A stretch of 64,000 nucleotides of DNA, taken from contig CBFFRP010000017.1 in NCBI GenBank assembly GCA_965644295.1, positions 62,001-126,000 on the forward strand, read 5' to 3'. Shown here one piece after another: positions 10,411 to 23,292 of the stretch. The position numbers and the translations under genes were made by a program. The notes beneath the pieces were generated by a model that made no database searches, was not told where the DNA came from, and saw nothing but the letters and a program-made list of their open reading frames with translations. The DNA comes from Paraphysomonas bandaiensis (Eukaryota > Protista > Chrysophyceae). Positions within the stretch are counted from its first letter, which is position 1; every line of letters starts with the position of its first letter.

Positions 10411-13138
10411 GTATGCGCACTTGCAGCGTATTCATCAATACAATGTGTTCGTCAATCGCAGTGATAGAAAAAGATCGGAAGTGTGCGACCATACATATAG
10501 ATTAATGTGTTAGCAATATGTTCACAGATCCTTTAGATATCTCTTTTGAAAAGTAGTTATAAAACTATTATCACGCGCTTCTGAACAAATTTTAAAGCAC
10601 CTCTTTATCAGCAAATAAGATTTATAGCTAGTCTTAGCGCTTAATGAAAGATATACTTCGTATTAATTAGTATTTAGAAGGTATAGATTAGTAGTGAAAG
10701 TCTTATTATTCGCAATAGGCGTTTGAGTCAGTGCTTAACTCTGATATCCTACTATTCAACGCTACGAAAGCTGCTTGTGCATATTACCAACAAGGTGCAA
10801 CAACTTTCGCTCAATCACTCAAAGCAAATGTAGTGAGGAAGCAGAATGTTGATATACCTGACACCTGCTGACATCAGGATTTTTGAGTCCTTGGGGTGAA
10901 GAGCCCGGATGCCTGTTTATTCGTCAAGGCCCAAAGACGTCTACACAAGCATTTGGCTATAAGCTAGAAGTGGGCACAACAGTATCTCCTGACTATATTA
11001 TATGAAGCCCACGTTAGTTTCCTGGAAAAATATCTCCGGTTTTTATCCCCCAGAACACCATGAAAAGGTGCAAATCCGACTTTGTTGAGGAAGTTGAGAT
11101 AGAGCTAACTGCTTCTCATATTTTATTTTCATCCACTGCAATTGTGTTGTCACTACTACAACCAATGTTTTATGATGTTAGATAGACAAGCCCATACACA
11201 GATACACAGTCGATACGTTTTGCTGTGTCAATCTAATTTATATTTTATATTATTTCATCCCTTATCATGATGTATGTGTTCTGTTCGGTGGACCACTTCT
11301 GCCTTAACACCAAGTACCCTGTTGAATCGGAGCTTCATCCACTACTAGAAACAATTCCTACACTTGGAAGCATTCGTCTCCACAAGGAATCAAGTATGGG
11401 AGGAAAATCATAGAGAAGAAGCGCAAGAGCACGGAGGAGCTGAATCATATTGAAAAGCCTCGAAAGAAAGAGAGAGTATCTACAAAGACGAAGTGCACTA
11501 ATTGCTCTAAGAAAGGTATAACACACAATTATAATACAGAACAATGTAGGTAGAAAAAGGGGGAAACGAAGGGACAAAGACCGGGCAGTAAGGAATATAC
11601 AGGATGCAGAGTATGCAAATCCAAAAACCATCGCGCGAACGAATGTCCCCTAAATTCGACTGGAAAGACCAAGAAACCCCAGAAATCTGGGAAGGTTTTC
11701 ACGTTCGAGAATATCCGCAGAGGAGGAACCGAGTATGCGCACTTGCAGCGTATTCATCAATACAATGTGTTCGTCAATCGCAGTGATAGAAAAAGATCGG
11801 AAGTGTGCGACCATACATATAGATTAATGTGTTAGCAATATGTTCACAGATCCTTTAGATATCTCTTTTGAAAAGTAGTTATAAAACTATTATCACGCGC
11901 TTCTGAACAAATTTTAAAGCACCTCTTTATCAGCAAATAAGATTTATAGCTAGTCTTAGCGCTTAATGAAAGATATACTTCGTATTAATTAGTATTTAGA
12001 AGGTATAGATTAGTAGTGAAAGTCTTATTATTCGCAATAGGCGTTTGAGTCAGTGCTTAACTCTGATATCCTACTATTCAACGCTACGAAAGCTGCTTGT
12101 GCATATTACCAACAAGGTGCAACAACTTTCGCTCAATCACTCAAAGCAAATGTAGTGAGGAAGCAGAATGTTGATATACCTGACACCTGCTGACATCAGG
12201 ATTTTTGAGTCCTTGGGGTGAAGAGCCCGGATGCCTGTTTATTCGTCAAGGCCCAAAGACGTCTACACAAGCATTTGGCTATAAGCTAGAAGTGGGCACA
12301 ACAGTATCTCCTGACTATATTATATGAAGCCCACGTTAGTTTCCTGGAAAAATATCTCCGGTTTTTATCCCCCAGAACACCATGAAAAGGTGCAAATCCG
12401 ACTTTGTTGAGGAAGTTGAGATAGAGCTAACTGCTTCTCATATTTTATTTTCATCCACTGCAATTGTGTTGTCACTACTACAACCAATGTTTTACGATGT
12501 TAGATAGACAAGCCCATACACAGATACACAGTCGATACGTTTTGCTGTGTCAATCTAATTTATATTTTATATTATTTCATCCCTTATCATGATGTATGTG
12601 TTCTGTTCGGTGGACCACTTCTGCCTTAACACCAAGTACCCTGTTGAATCGGAGCTTCATCCACTACTAGAAACAATTCCTACACTTGGAAGCATTCGTC
12701 TCCACAAGGAATCAAGTATGGGAGGAAAATCATAGAGAAGAAGCGCAAGAGCACGGAGGAGCTGAATCATATTGAAAAGCCTCGAAAGAAAGAGAGAGTA
12801 TCTACAAAGACGAAGTGCACTAATTGCTCTAAGAAAGGTATAACACACAATTATAATACAGAACAATGTAGGTAGAAAAAGGGGGAAACGAAGGGACAAA
12901 GACCGGGCAGTAAGGAATATACAGGATGCAGAGTATGCAAATCCAAAAACCATCGCGCGAACGAATGTCCCCTAAATTCGACTGGAAAGACCAAGAAACC
13001 CCAGAAATCTGGGAAGGTTTTCACGTTCGAGAATATCCGCAGAGGAGGAACCGAGTCTGACTCGGAGTCCGAAGCGAATATGCTTTATGACTGCGGTGTT
13101 GATATATATGATAAAAGTGACACATGTTGTATGATTAA

Positions 13139-13328
13139 CGATTCAAGATACGGAAGTTGAGCAGTGGTTGACATGAACGAAATAATTTATCATGTTGTTG
13201 ACATGTGTTACATGACAACACACACAATTGTGTATACAATTATAATAAAGTAATCTATCTCTAGTTTTGACTAACTTAAACTTCTCTTACAACGATCTTA
13301 ATCATCTGAAAATGGTCAATTGTCAATA
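13139..13328 (+). mobile_element. Partial LTR-like repeat (family of 47418-47710) just downstream of the gag relic
   Basis: cgattcaagatacggaagttgagcagtggttgacatgaacgaaat..atcatgttgttgacatg is shared with the 19090, 47418 and (inverted) 63468 copies. Confidence 0.75.
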
Positions 13329-13665
13329 GTTTTGAAATCATTCACTGCCTGCAACGTCGGGACAGAACTTTTTTCCTTCATGTGACATGTGACTTTAGCA
13401 GTGACAAATACCTCAATTTTTCATTAAGCTTAATGGCCGACAACATATTATTAATCCAAAACTATACTCAAAATCCAACATAAAATTATAATACTCATAT
13501 TTCCTCGTAAACATGTTTTCAAGCCAACCGCAACACATACTAATTATTGCATTGCACACGGTATATACATTTTCACGAACGTGACCGTTATCCATACATT
13601 ACATGGTACTGCTATAACGTAGGCGCCAGTTTGATACATCCAAGCGATTCATATCGAATCATCAT

Positions 13666-16600
13666 TCATAGCATATTCATTCGTGCCACAGCATCACTTC
13701 CAGTTTTTGGTTTGCCGTCTCCTCTAACAGATCTATCCATGGCGATTCTCTGCTTCTTACTTTTCTTAAATACCTCCAATCCCTCCCACTCGTCTGGCAG
13801 TACGGTTATGAACGGTACTCACTCCACTGCATACATACCTTTGTCTTTGTATTGGCCAAACTCTTTTTCAAGTAGCTCTGAGCCCATCTTCTCAGCAACT
13901 CCCTGTCACAACAAGGAGATGTCCGCTTATTTCCTCTAGTCATAGATATTTTTGACACATCTAACATACCTTTAAATCTGACATCCCACTGTCCCCAGCA
14001 CTATTGAACGAGAGGGTCATATGGTCCGCTGCCCTTGCCCAAATCTGTATATGCTGATGTCAATATTTCGCATGACACCCCACAGAATACACACCTTTTC
14101 TCTGAACTTAAGCTGACTGACAGGTCGGCGGGGTTTGCTACGTGAATAACTGCGAATCATGTCATTATTTTCCTCTTTAACGTGCCCTTGAAAATGGTCC
14201 GTTCCCACGACTTCATCACCGTCACCCCTGTCCTCCCGTAAAAGAAATCGAAGATCCACCTGCGTCATGTCTCCGGTCATACGGCGGGAATGCTTGGCTC
14301 CCCCATCCTGCTGCTGATTCTGTCCCCTGCCACGTTTGTTGATGGCTTCATCATTGCGCTTCCATTCCTCATCCATTCCGATACGCAACGGGACCATGGT
14401 GCTCAGCAGCGAGCCCATTACAGTTCGTCGACTGTCGTGCTGCGGGTTTATGCTCTCCCTGATGGCCCTGGATACAGTCTCGAATTCCTCCTCCTCGCTC
14501 ACAGGTTTGCTTTTCTCCTCCCTTTCCCTCTTAGCAGCCTATAAAATACTGTCACTATGTATAGAACCATATAAAACTATACGCACATGCTTCTTTGCCT
14601 TTGCGATAAGTCTAGCTGCCTCTTTTGCACTTTTCGACGTTCCACCGAAAACAACATTTATGTTTTTCCCGCCAGCGGCGGTCATCTCGAGAAGCTGTTT
14701 GTCGGTATGCTCTTCGATACCTGGAAGAGCGGCAATCCGCCTCAAACACTCCTCTTCGTCCATACTCCCACTACTGCTACTGCTGCCCTCCTCGCTGCAG
14801 TCATCACTTTTTCCACTGAATGGTCGTCGGGTCTGCAATTCTCCATCAAATTCCCCAGGGTCATCACATTCAGTAGACTCCATGTCCTCAACTGGCACAG
14901 GTTTAGCTTCCACAGTGGGTGGCTTGACTCCCCTGTTAGACTCGATCAGCTGTAACAACTCCGCCCCCAGGGATCCGTTTATAACTGATACGGGTTCCGT
15001 AATATCTGTTTCCTTCGACTTTTCGCTATACGTACTAAGATTGTCATCCTCGACACCAACGTATTTGAAGAGCCTGCGCACGTATGACACCTTCACTCCA
15101 TGTGGGCCTGCTGGCAGGATTTTCCAGCGCTTCATCTCCTCCTCCTGTCTCAATCGCTCTTCTGCAGACACTACCTCATCAGATTCAGTGGGGGGTGATG
15201 AATCCGGCGGCAAAGTTGGGACAGATGCGCTACTATCTGGAGGGCTCTCAGGGATATCTGCGGAAGCAGATTGAGAAACGGAAGAAGATATGGTAGTGCT
15301 CTGACGGGCACTATTCCGCCTCGGCGCTACTGGAACTTTTAACTGGGATGGGCGGCTGAGTACGTAAGCACTATTGCCAGATATGCTGCTGATATCGCTC
15401 ACATCATCATTACTGGGCTGTCGAAGAGATTTCCGACTGCCAGCCTGTGCCCGTACGGCGGACGAGAGTGCAGTACTGGCTGCAGGATGAGGTGAAGGCG
15501 CCCCACCATTAGAAGCCAAGAGGCCGCCTGGAACATAGACGTCACGCATAGTACTCACTTGAGTTGTATACTTACTTGCACGCGCCGTAAACGAAGAGGG
15601 AGTCTTTACCGCTTCTGAACCGTCAATTGAGACGTCAAGAGATGCAGAAGGACGGGATGAAAATATCCGCTGCATCGTAGCTCTTTCTCCCCGCACCCTA
15701 TCTTTGTTTTTCTCGTCAGTAGCTGCGGTGTTTTGTACTTTCTCCCTTTCGTCAGTCAGTCCGTTATTTCTGACTGATGATGCTCGCCTCAAAGCCCTTG
15801 TTTCTTCTCGAACTCGCTGCAGGGCCTTGTGCTGCTGAATGTTAGGGGATGATTGCCCCACTTCTTGTTTTTCTGGATGCTGTTGAACCGAAAGAAGGCG
15901 GTTGCCATGAGAGGTTTGCTTGAGAAGCGTACGCCCATACCCCGGGGAGGGGCCCTGCTGTTGATGTTTTTCTCCCCCCCCGCCTTCCTTAGCTGTATGA
16001 CGAAGCTTGGCGCGACTGAAGACTGGAGTCTTCGGGGATGCCACAACAGTAGTAGTTGGAGGCGGCGGAGGAGGTTGGTCTGCGGTGTGATCCTGGTGAC
16101 GTAACATAGTTTTGGCTCGCTGCATGGCAGGACTGCCGCCCAAAGAAGGGAGAGGCACACCTGGGCGACCACTAAGTCGAGGCTTATGAGGGAGAGGAGC
16201 AGAAGGATCAACTAAAGCCAAAATAGTTTAAGACATGGGCATGATGTAGAAATAACATTCCTACCCGATCCTATGGACTCTCGAGCCTCTGACCTTCGTA
16301 CATCCAATTCCTCACCTGAAACGGGTGGCGTTTCACTCTTACCTTGGTGTGTGTGCTGAATCGGGCTACGACTACTATCTACTGCTGTAGATTCGACACC
16401 CGGATCATCTTGCTTATGCTCGTCATCATTAAACGAGACGCTCCGGTTATCTCGACAATTGTTGTCATCCAAAAGAGTGGGTTTGGACACTGTTGTTTTC
16501 GGCGGCGCACTTGGTGACGAGGGGGGAGAGTTCCGTTGATAACTTTCATTTTCTTTATTCTTACCTAAACCAAGAAACTTCGACGATAGCTTCTTCTTTA

Positions 16601-16772
16601 TCTTCTTTCCTTCATGAGTCTGGCTGACCACATCAGTGTTAACTGAGGGCTCGCGATGTCTCTGTTTCAGAGCATCGTCCTCCGCACCCACTGCAGGGTC
16701 AGCATTGCCTCCTAATTTACCACTATCCTTATCAGATTTTCCGAAGAAAATTCTTTTGATAAAACTAGGCAT
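13666..16772 (-). CDS. Uncharacterised, largely disordered Ser/Pro/charged-rich protein, multi-exon
   Basis: Consecutive minus-strand ORFs (16212-16772, 14539-16221, 14017-14502) joined by short introns; last exon ends ...SDAVARMNML*. No domain recognised. Confidence 0.7.
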
Positions 16773-17546
16773 TAAATACCCTCTTTAAGACACAGACAGC
16801 CGTCTTGTTACTGTGACAGTCAGATACAGGCCATTGTCTCACCCAACACACGCTGGGACTGCTGAGGTTATATGTGACGACACGAAACCATCAGCAATAT
16901 AATGTCAAGGTGAAAGCTACTCCGTCATAGTGTTACTGTGTTACGTGTGTGTTACTATGAGTTGGGCTTTAGGAGTTATGTGGTACTTTATCTTCACTTT
17001 TCTTCGGCTCGATTCACGTGCCTCTCTATCCGCTATGCATACCCTACACATACTGCTGTGTTACACGACATACAGCACTGGATATGTACTCTGTGTATAT
17101 GTACCGGATACGCTGAGCTGGTATACGAGTACACACAGTGCACACTGAGAGTATTGTTGCAATTCTTAACGGATGTGCATTCCAAACGGTTGTTTCGCTC
17201 CAATTCTTCCGAAAATACACAGAATACACAGCGAGCACTACAGTCGCCAAAAAATGGTATTTCTGCTGTACCCCACCCTGTATCTGTACCGATATGCAGT
17301 GGAGGTGTACGAATATAGAAATATCTACCAAGATATATACAGCAGTATTATGAAGAATACCTATGCATGGACGCTGTCGTGCGTAAATATACAGCAGCAT
17401 ACAGCAGTAGTGTGTATGGATTCTCTGTGTGTTATGTATGGAGTGCATAGTGTACTCAGGTGAGCTGCAGCTTACTCAGACGTTCAAGAGTGAACTTATC
17501 GATACCGGTGCAACGATAAGGCATCCTTTCAGCATTATAATCTATC

Positions 17547-18786
17547 ATGGGCTTTTCAGATATCTGTAGTCTCATATCTGAGTTCTTCTTGAGAGTGTAT
17601 TCTTTCTTTGTGAGTATATTCAGCGGAGCCCCTCATGAGAGTGTGGTCTCTTTCGACAGTGGTCTCTCTGTAACATTATGCGACACTATTGGTGAGGGCG
17701 CATACTCATTTGTTTACACGGCTTCTTCTGGAGGCAAAACTTATGCTCTCAAAAAAATGTATCTTCAATCTGTAGAATTCGAGCGGTGCGCTCTTATGGA
17801 AGTCGCTTCTTTTAAGAAGTTTCACCATCCTAACATACTGAAGTTACTGGATAGCGTCAGTCGAACGGAAAACAAGAGTAGAGTAATGTATATGCTGTTT
17901 CCTTTTATGGAACAAGGAAGCCTCAGAAATATATTACTAAGACGTGAGCGAGGCCAGCTTCCTCGGCCGTCCCTGCGGGAGATCTTGACTGACTTTACTG
18001 CCATATGTGAGGCCGTGGGTGTATTACACGCGTATAACCCAGCCTATGTACACCAAGGTAGGAATTTTTCACGCGTTATGCAGCCCTGACTATTGTTGTG
18101 TTCAGACATCAAACCTGAGGTCCTCTACCATTGTTTTTGTTTGAAATAACAGTTGTGCTGTTGTGTAATACTTAGAATATTCTGATTGCTGAAGACGGGA
18201 CCCCGCTACTCACAGACTTTGGATCAGTTCGCCTCGCAGACGTCAATATTATCAGCCGAAGCCAGGTAAAGTGCCATACTGCTCATTCGATGTGTGGTCT
18301 AAGAACGTGTTCAATCAGGCACTAAGCATCGCTGACGAGGCTAGTCAACACTGCACAATCTCCTATCGGGCTCCGGAGCTCTTTGATCCTCGCACTGGTA
18401 CAATACTAGACTCAAGGTAGCCTTTCTTATGAGATTGTTCACTTATATCTAATGCGTATGCTTTCAGGACGGATGTTTGGGCTCTAGGATGTCTGTTGTT
18501 TGCTTGGTGGCACGGTTATTCCCCTTTCGAGTGCGAGATCACAGAAGTAGGAGTAAAGGTGGTGGAGTGTACTCACCTTAGGGTCCTTGCTAAGGTTCCG
18601 TCCTGTGGTCCCTCCGCCAGTGCAGAGGACAGAACCCTGCAACAACTTGTTGAAGAAATTCTGGAACAAGATATCACTAAGAGACCTTTTCTCCCAGCTG
18701 TCATCGCCTCTATTAGAAAGACCAGAGAAACACTTGGTGGAAGACGACAGATGGTGTCTAATTTTGGGGGTGTTGATACAGTCTAG
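17547..18786 (+). CDS. STK16: Ser/Thr kinase STK16/MPSK1 (NAK family), multi-exon
   Basis: IGEGAYSFV, ALKKM, HQ|DIKPE|NILI, LTDFGS, ALSIADEASQHCTISYRAPELFD, TDVWALGC..SPFE; N-terminal MG..C acylation-type start. Confidence 0.9.
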
Positions 18787-19089
18787 GGATACAGGTTGAA
18801 AGCGCAGCATGTGTATCTGCGTGAGGTGAGTTGAATGTGACGCATCCAAGTTTGTATTTTCTATATATTTTTATACAATAGTATATATATTGTTCTAATT
18901 AAGGTAGTTTAGTACACATAAATGAACGATATATTATTTATTCTATTTTGAAAATATCGTTTTATATATCCAGAAATGAATGTGCTCAGTACATATTACG
19001 AATTTTTCTCTTTTCGTATGTTGATGATGTTAAATTATTCCTTTTCATCCTGAAGTAGTTATATAATATATAATTACCCTAGATAGCCT

Positions 19090-19296
19090 TGTTGGAATAC
19101 GTATGTTTCTCTAAGATAGTACTGTAGAATACGCTAAATACAATGTGAAAAAACAGTAATACGTAGTCAAAGATACTATATAGTATATAGTATATAGCTA
19201 TAAAAGTGAATCTGAAGTATTGCATCATGACGATTCGAGATACGGAAGTTGAGCAATGGTTGACATGAACGAAATAGTTATCATGTTGTTGACATG
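19090..19296 (+). mobile_element. 5' part of the LTR-like repeat (starts TGTTGG)
   Basis: Colinear with 47418-47620. Confidence 0.75.
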
Positions 19297-19348
19297 AAAT
19301 AAAATTTAAAGCTTGTCTTGGTATTTAGTAAGTATACACTTTGAGATA

Positions 19349-19843
19349 TGTTGAAAGTCTTATTATTAGCAATAGGCGTTAAAAAACTGCACCAACTTAG
19401 TAGCTAGATGAATGCTAGACAAGCTAGTTAGGCCTCTACCTGCAACTAATCAGTACACTCTTTTTATCCTACTATTTAACGTTACGAAAGCTGTTTGTGC
19501 GTCGCCGCAAGCACCAAGGTGCGACTACATCCCGGATGCTTGACTTCAGCTGGCAGCCCAATACCCCGGTTACCCTTCAGGTGGGCCCTGTCCGGGATGC
19601 CCTTGAGGTGGGTCCATTCCCGGATGCCTGTTTATTTGTCAGGGCCCAAAGACGTCTACACAAGTGACACTTATTGGTGTACCTTGTACCACACAAGCAT
19701 TTGGCTATGAGTGGGCAGAAGAATATCTGCTGACTATGTTTGCTGCTCACGTTAGTTTCCCAGAGAGAATCTCTCCGGTACTTATCCACCAAAACACCAC
19801 GAAAAGGTGCGAGTCCGACTTTGTTGAGGGATTAGAGATAGAG
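19349..19843 (-). mobile_element. SINE-like non-autonomous retroelement, near full length
   Basis: High identity to 39257-39773 and 52570-53053; short internal deletion. Confidence 0.88.
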
Positions 19844-19933
19844 ATTGACTGTATACATATAACTTGAAGGATAAAGCCCAATAGTACAATAGAGCAAGAC
19901 CAGGTTTGAACAGAGCGTTAGCACCACACATAT

Positions 19934-20721
19934 ATGAAAGTCTGATTATTACATGAGTACGGTTGCGTACAGAAACTAGTTTATGTCTATAGACTAGCTA
20001 AAACTAGATTTGCTATATACTACTAGTGGCGGGCAACCGTCTCGGGACTGCTTGTGCATCGCTGCGACCACCATGGTGCAACCGTCCCTTGTAGTGAGGT
20101 TAGTCGGGGGGTCTACCTTTGGGCAATGTGTCTGGCGGGCCTGTGCCATTGATTATGTGGGGGGTGGGTGAGGCGAGATGTATATGAGAGTGCAAGTCGG
20201 TGGTGGAGATGGTGCTGGTTGTTGAGGTGGGGTTTCGGCCACAAGTAAGGAGGAGTTGTTTCCGGAGTGGTAGTGCTTGCCTCTGTCGGGTCTGGGCTCT
20301 TGCAGAGAGTGTAGTTCGTGGGGTGGATGTCGCCTGGAGTAGCTGGAGTAGTTTTGGTGTCGGGTGGGTATCCTGGGGCTGGCGTTGCTTTGCGTGTGTC
20401 GGGACCGGTTTCGCCGGTGCCGTGTCTACGTTGTGGTGTCTGTGTCCCCTATTGCGAAGCATGCGGAGCCCTCCGTCATATAGGGGAAGTAAGATTGAGG
20501 CGATAGATTTTTCTAGGGCGTGGAATTGATGTTCGAGCAGTGAGCTGGATATGTGGCGTCCGAATGCGTCGGCCATTTGTGTGGCAGTAATGTGGCCGGT
20601 CCAGTAGCGCTCAACCTGGGGGGTGGTTGGGTTCCATGCGGCTTTGGCTAGTTTGGTTATGGCGGTGGTGTAAAACCAGGGATGGGGGAGCGTGCGTGTG
20701 CGAAGTTTGTCAAGCTTATTG
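19934..20721 (-). mobile_element. 5'-truncated non-LTR retrotransposon (LINE) 3' end
   Basis: Perfect 13-bp TSD GCACCACACATAT at 19921-19933 and 20722-20734. The ORF is open from the truncation point and ends TLPKGRPPD* (20100). The 3' UTR ends TAATAATCAGACTTTCAT. Confidence 0.85.
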
Positions 20722-20826
20722 GCACCACACATATGTGGGTATCTTGTGCAGTCGCGTACCTTTTATAGTTTGGTAATTATTCAGTCTATTTGATATTTCA
20801 TTGTATACATGTATGTGGTGTTGTGT

Positions 20827-21408
20827 AAAGTAAACAATGTGCAAACGTGGGAAAAGAAAGTTGTTCCCAAGTTTTGACGTGCATTCCTTGTTAAAACTAG
20901 CTAGTTACTAGTAGAGTACTAATAATTAGTTCTCTGCAATTATATTTATATATATATTGTTAACTAATATTGCAAATTAATATTATTTTCAGTATAAAAT
21001 GGGCTCAACTAACCGTTTTACTTCTATGTTCTAGCATGCTCAGGTTGTACCGCCGAGAGATAGTTACGCATAATGACTTGTATTTTTGGTTGAGTGATGG
21101 ATATATTGAACCTAGTGAATATTCTAGTATAGGACTTGTGTGACGCGACGTGTATTGGCGTTTTATGATGGCTATATATAGTAGTAGAACTAGTAGGGCA
21201 GACAGCGTAGCTACTGGTAAAAGGAAACGTGCTGTTCGTGTGTCCTTTAAGACCTAAATATTAATAAAAATAATTATTAACACTACACTATTGTATTCAA
21301 GCACTTTTAGAACCATTCTACAACAATTCTTAAAAGTCAAGTAAAATCTACTATAGATTTTCCCAAATTTTTGAAAATTTCCCGCGTTTGCATATTATTG
21401 TTTACTTG
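20827..21408. mobile_element. Possible MITE-like element bounded by imperfect inverted repeats
   Basis: aagtaaacaatgtgcaaacgtgggaaa (~20828) pairs with tttcccgcgtttgcatattattgtttactt (~21378-21407). A similar motif occurs at ~53335. True termini and TSD not found. Confidence 0.4.
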
Positions 21409-21465
21409 TATTTTTACGCGTTAAGGGGTATACGTGAATCAATTATAATCTTAGTAACATATTTT

Positions 21466-22405
21466 GCATGACAACACGCACGATTGTGTATGCAATTTAA
21501 TACAAGAGTCTATCTAGTTTGATTTTTCAATAAACTTCTCTTAACGATTTAATTGTGAAAATGACCAATATAGTCAATAATATGGAAGCGGATGCGGAGG
21601 AGAGAAGGAGGATAGAGCTGATGTGCCATATAGTTTTCGACGAGAACAATGTCGAACAACAGATTGAAGATTTTGAGACGTTCTTTATGCGGAAGGGACA
21701 GAGCGAGGTGGCTCTGGAAAGGCCTCTCCACAGGAGAAGGACTTCGGAGTTCAACCATATTGAACGGGATCGAGACCAAGTTCTACAAAGAAGCTGTGGA
21801 GAAATATTGGAAGGCAAACGCCATAGCTTACTCATACTGCAGGGAATCGATCTCCAAAGGCGTTACAGAAGTTCCACCTGAATCATAAGAAGTTTAAGAC
21901 AGCTGAAGGAAGGAACAACAAGTTTGCACGCAAACGATGGTTCAGACTTTGAAATCCTGCTTTGAAGGTGGCCAGCAGATAAGATTGCAAATATTCTTGC
22001 CCAATTTGGATCATTTGAGATAAAGCTGGGGGAGGCCGCTAAAGAATATGTTTTGCGTTTCGAGCTGCTCCTTTTTCATGAACTTCAGGCGCATAACCTA
22101 ATGGCGTCAGAAATCTCCAAAATCAGTCGTCTGAAGAAAAGAAGGCTGACTCTAGTCATTAGTATGATGGTTTGAATTATGCTCTCTATACTTAATGTCG
22201 GATAATGTACCATCATACGAGTTGTTGTCAAAAACGTACAGAAGAATTCGACGACACCAAGGCTGGTAGGAAAATCTTATTAAAGAAGCGCAAGAGTACG
22301 GAGGAGCTAAATCACATCGAAAAGTAGTCTCGAAAGAAGGAGAGAGCATCTACCTCGACTAAGAATAAGTGTTGCTACTGTTCTAAAAAAGGAATTATAA
22401 CAAAG
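21466..22405 (+). mobile_element. Ty1/copia relic: LTR 3' end (to ~21579) followed by degenerate gag
   Basis: LTR-family end ...gaccaatatagtcaata, then broken frames KFYKEAVEKYWKANAIAYSY, LAQFGSFEIKLGEAAKEYVLRFE (UBN2/gag-like) and KKRKSTEELNHIEK*..CCYCSKKG. Confidence 0.72.
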
Positions 22406-22407
22406 AA

Positions 22408-22550
22408 GAATGTCTTATTATTAGCAAAATAGGCGTTTAAGAGTCACTTATTACGTTAGTTTCCCGTAGAAATATCTCCGGTACTTATCCCCCAGAACAC
22501 CACGAAAAGGTGCGAGTCCGACTTTGCTGAGGGAGTTGAGATAGAGATAG
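22408..22550 (-). mobile_element. Internally deleted SINE-like copy (5' head joined to extreme 3' tip)
   Basis: gtcttattattagc..aggcg is joined to acgttagtttccc...ccgactttgctgagggagttgagatagag. Confidence 0.8.
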
Positions 22551-22609
22551 CATCATCATCAACTGTGATTTGAAATTTGACTGCTGATATATTGGTATAT
22601 ATACAATAT

Positions 22610-23292
22610 TTATTGAAAGTCGTTTTATTTATCAATATAGGCGTTAAATACTCGTTCCGATAATATAGTGGCTAGTGGTATGCTAGATCTACTAGTTAGA
22701 CCTCTACCCATAACTAATCAGCACAAATTCTATTATTCTACTATTTAGCGCTACAGAAGCTGCTTGTGCGTTGCCGCAAGCACCAAGGTGCAACCACTTC
22801 CGTTCTTAATGTTGTTTGTGAGTTTCGCCCTGCTTGTGTGTCTTAAGACTCACTGGCGCGAGTTGTCCGGGGGTCTCCCCTTGGGATAAGGTTCCGCCAG
22901 GCTCTGAGGTACAGGGTTCTGTATTAAGGTTCTGAGTGTACCGAGCACTAGATGGTGTGGTGGAATGTGGCGGTGTCGCCGTGCACCGTCTGGGCGTCAG
23001 GCATAGGTGGAGTTGCCGGAGACGGCGTCGCCGCTGTCTAGGGCCTGATGGTTTCATACGGTCCGGTGCTATGGTCCTATATGCGTATGATTGGTGGGGT
23101 TCATAAGTGGGCGGTGTTCCAGTCTCTGTTCTTCTGTGGATTCCTAGTAATCTTAGCACCCTTGGGCGTTTCCATTTCTGTCTATATTTTAGACGCGGTC
23201 GCGGTAGTAGCCTTGGGGAACCTTTCTGTAGGGTAACGTATCGTCTACTTCGATCTTGGATCATTAGCTTTGCTGCAGCGAAAAGCGGTAGA
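22610..23292 (-). mobile_element. Second 5'-truncated LINE 3' end (related, diverged family)
   Basis: Perfect 13-bp TSD ATATATACAATAT at 22597-22609 and 23293-23305. ORF segment LPLFAAAKLMIQDRSRR aligns to LPLYDGGLRMLRNRGHR of the 20-kb element. A 1-nt shift restores GTL-PKGRPPD. 3' end GACTTTCAATAA. Confidence 0.85.

Larger units (their letters stand above)
9090..13054. repeat. Three near-identical tandem copies of a 1321/1322-bp unit (9090-10410, 10411-11732, 11733-13054)
   Basis: Direct comparison; differences noticed are one A-run length and one C/T. Junctions share a 2-bp GT microhomology. Confidence 0.97.

Noticed and set aside
9090-13054. CRISPR array or tandem gene cluster
   Set aside because: The units are 1.3-kb near-identical copies with no spacers; the 98-aa and 60-aa ORFs are shadows of a dead gag frame.
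13666-13920. Villin headpiece at the C-terminus of the disordered protein
   Set aside because: The spliced translation lacks the F..LP.WKQ..KK consensus.
14336-15274. 312-aa plus-strand ORF and similar antisense ORFs over real genes
   Set aside because: Antisense shadows of coding exons, with no independent motifs.
19349-19843. The ~480-bp repeat as a solo LTR (one copy begins TGTTG)
   Set aside because: Other copies begin TATTG or AGTG, there is no CA end or 4-6-bp TSD, flanking duplications are 12-15 bp, and the end is shared with LINE 3' UTRs.
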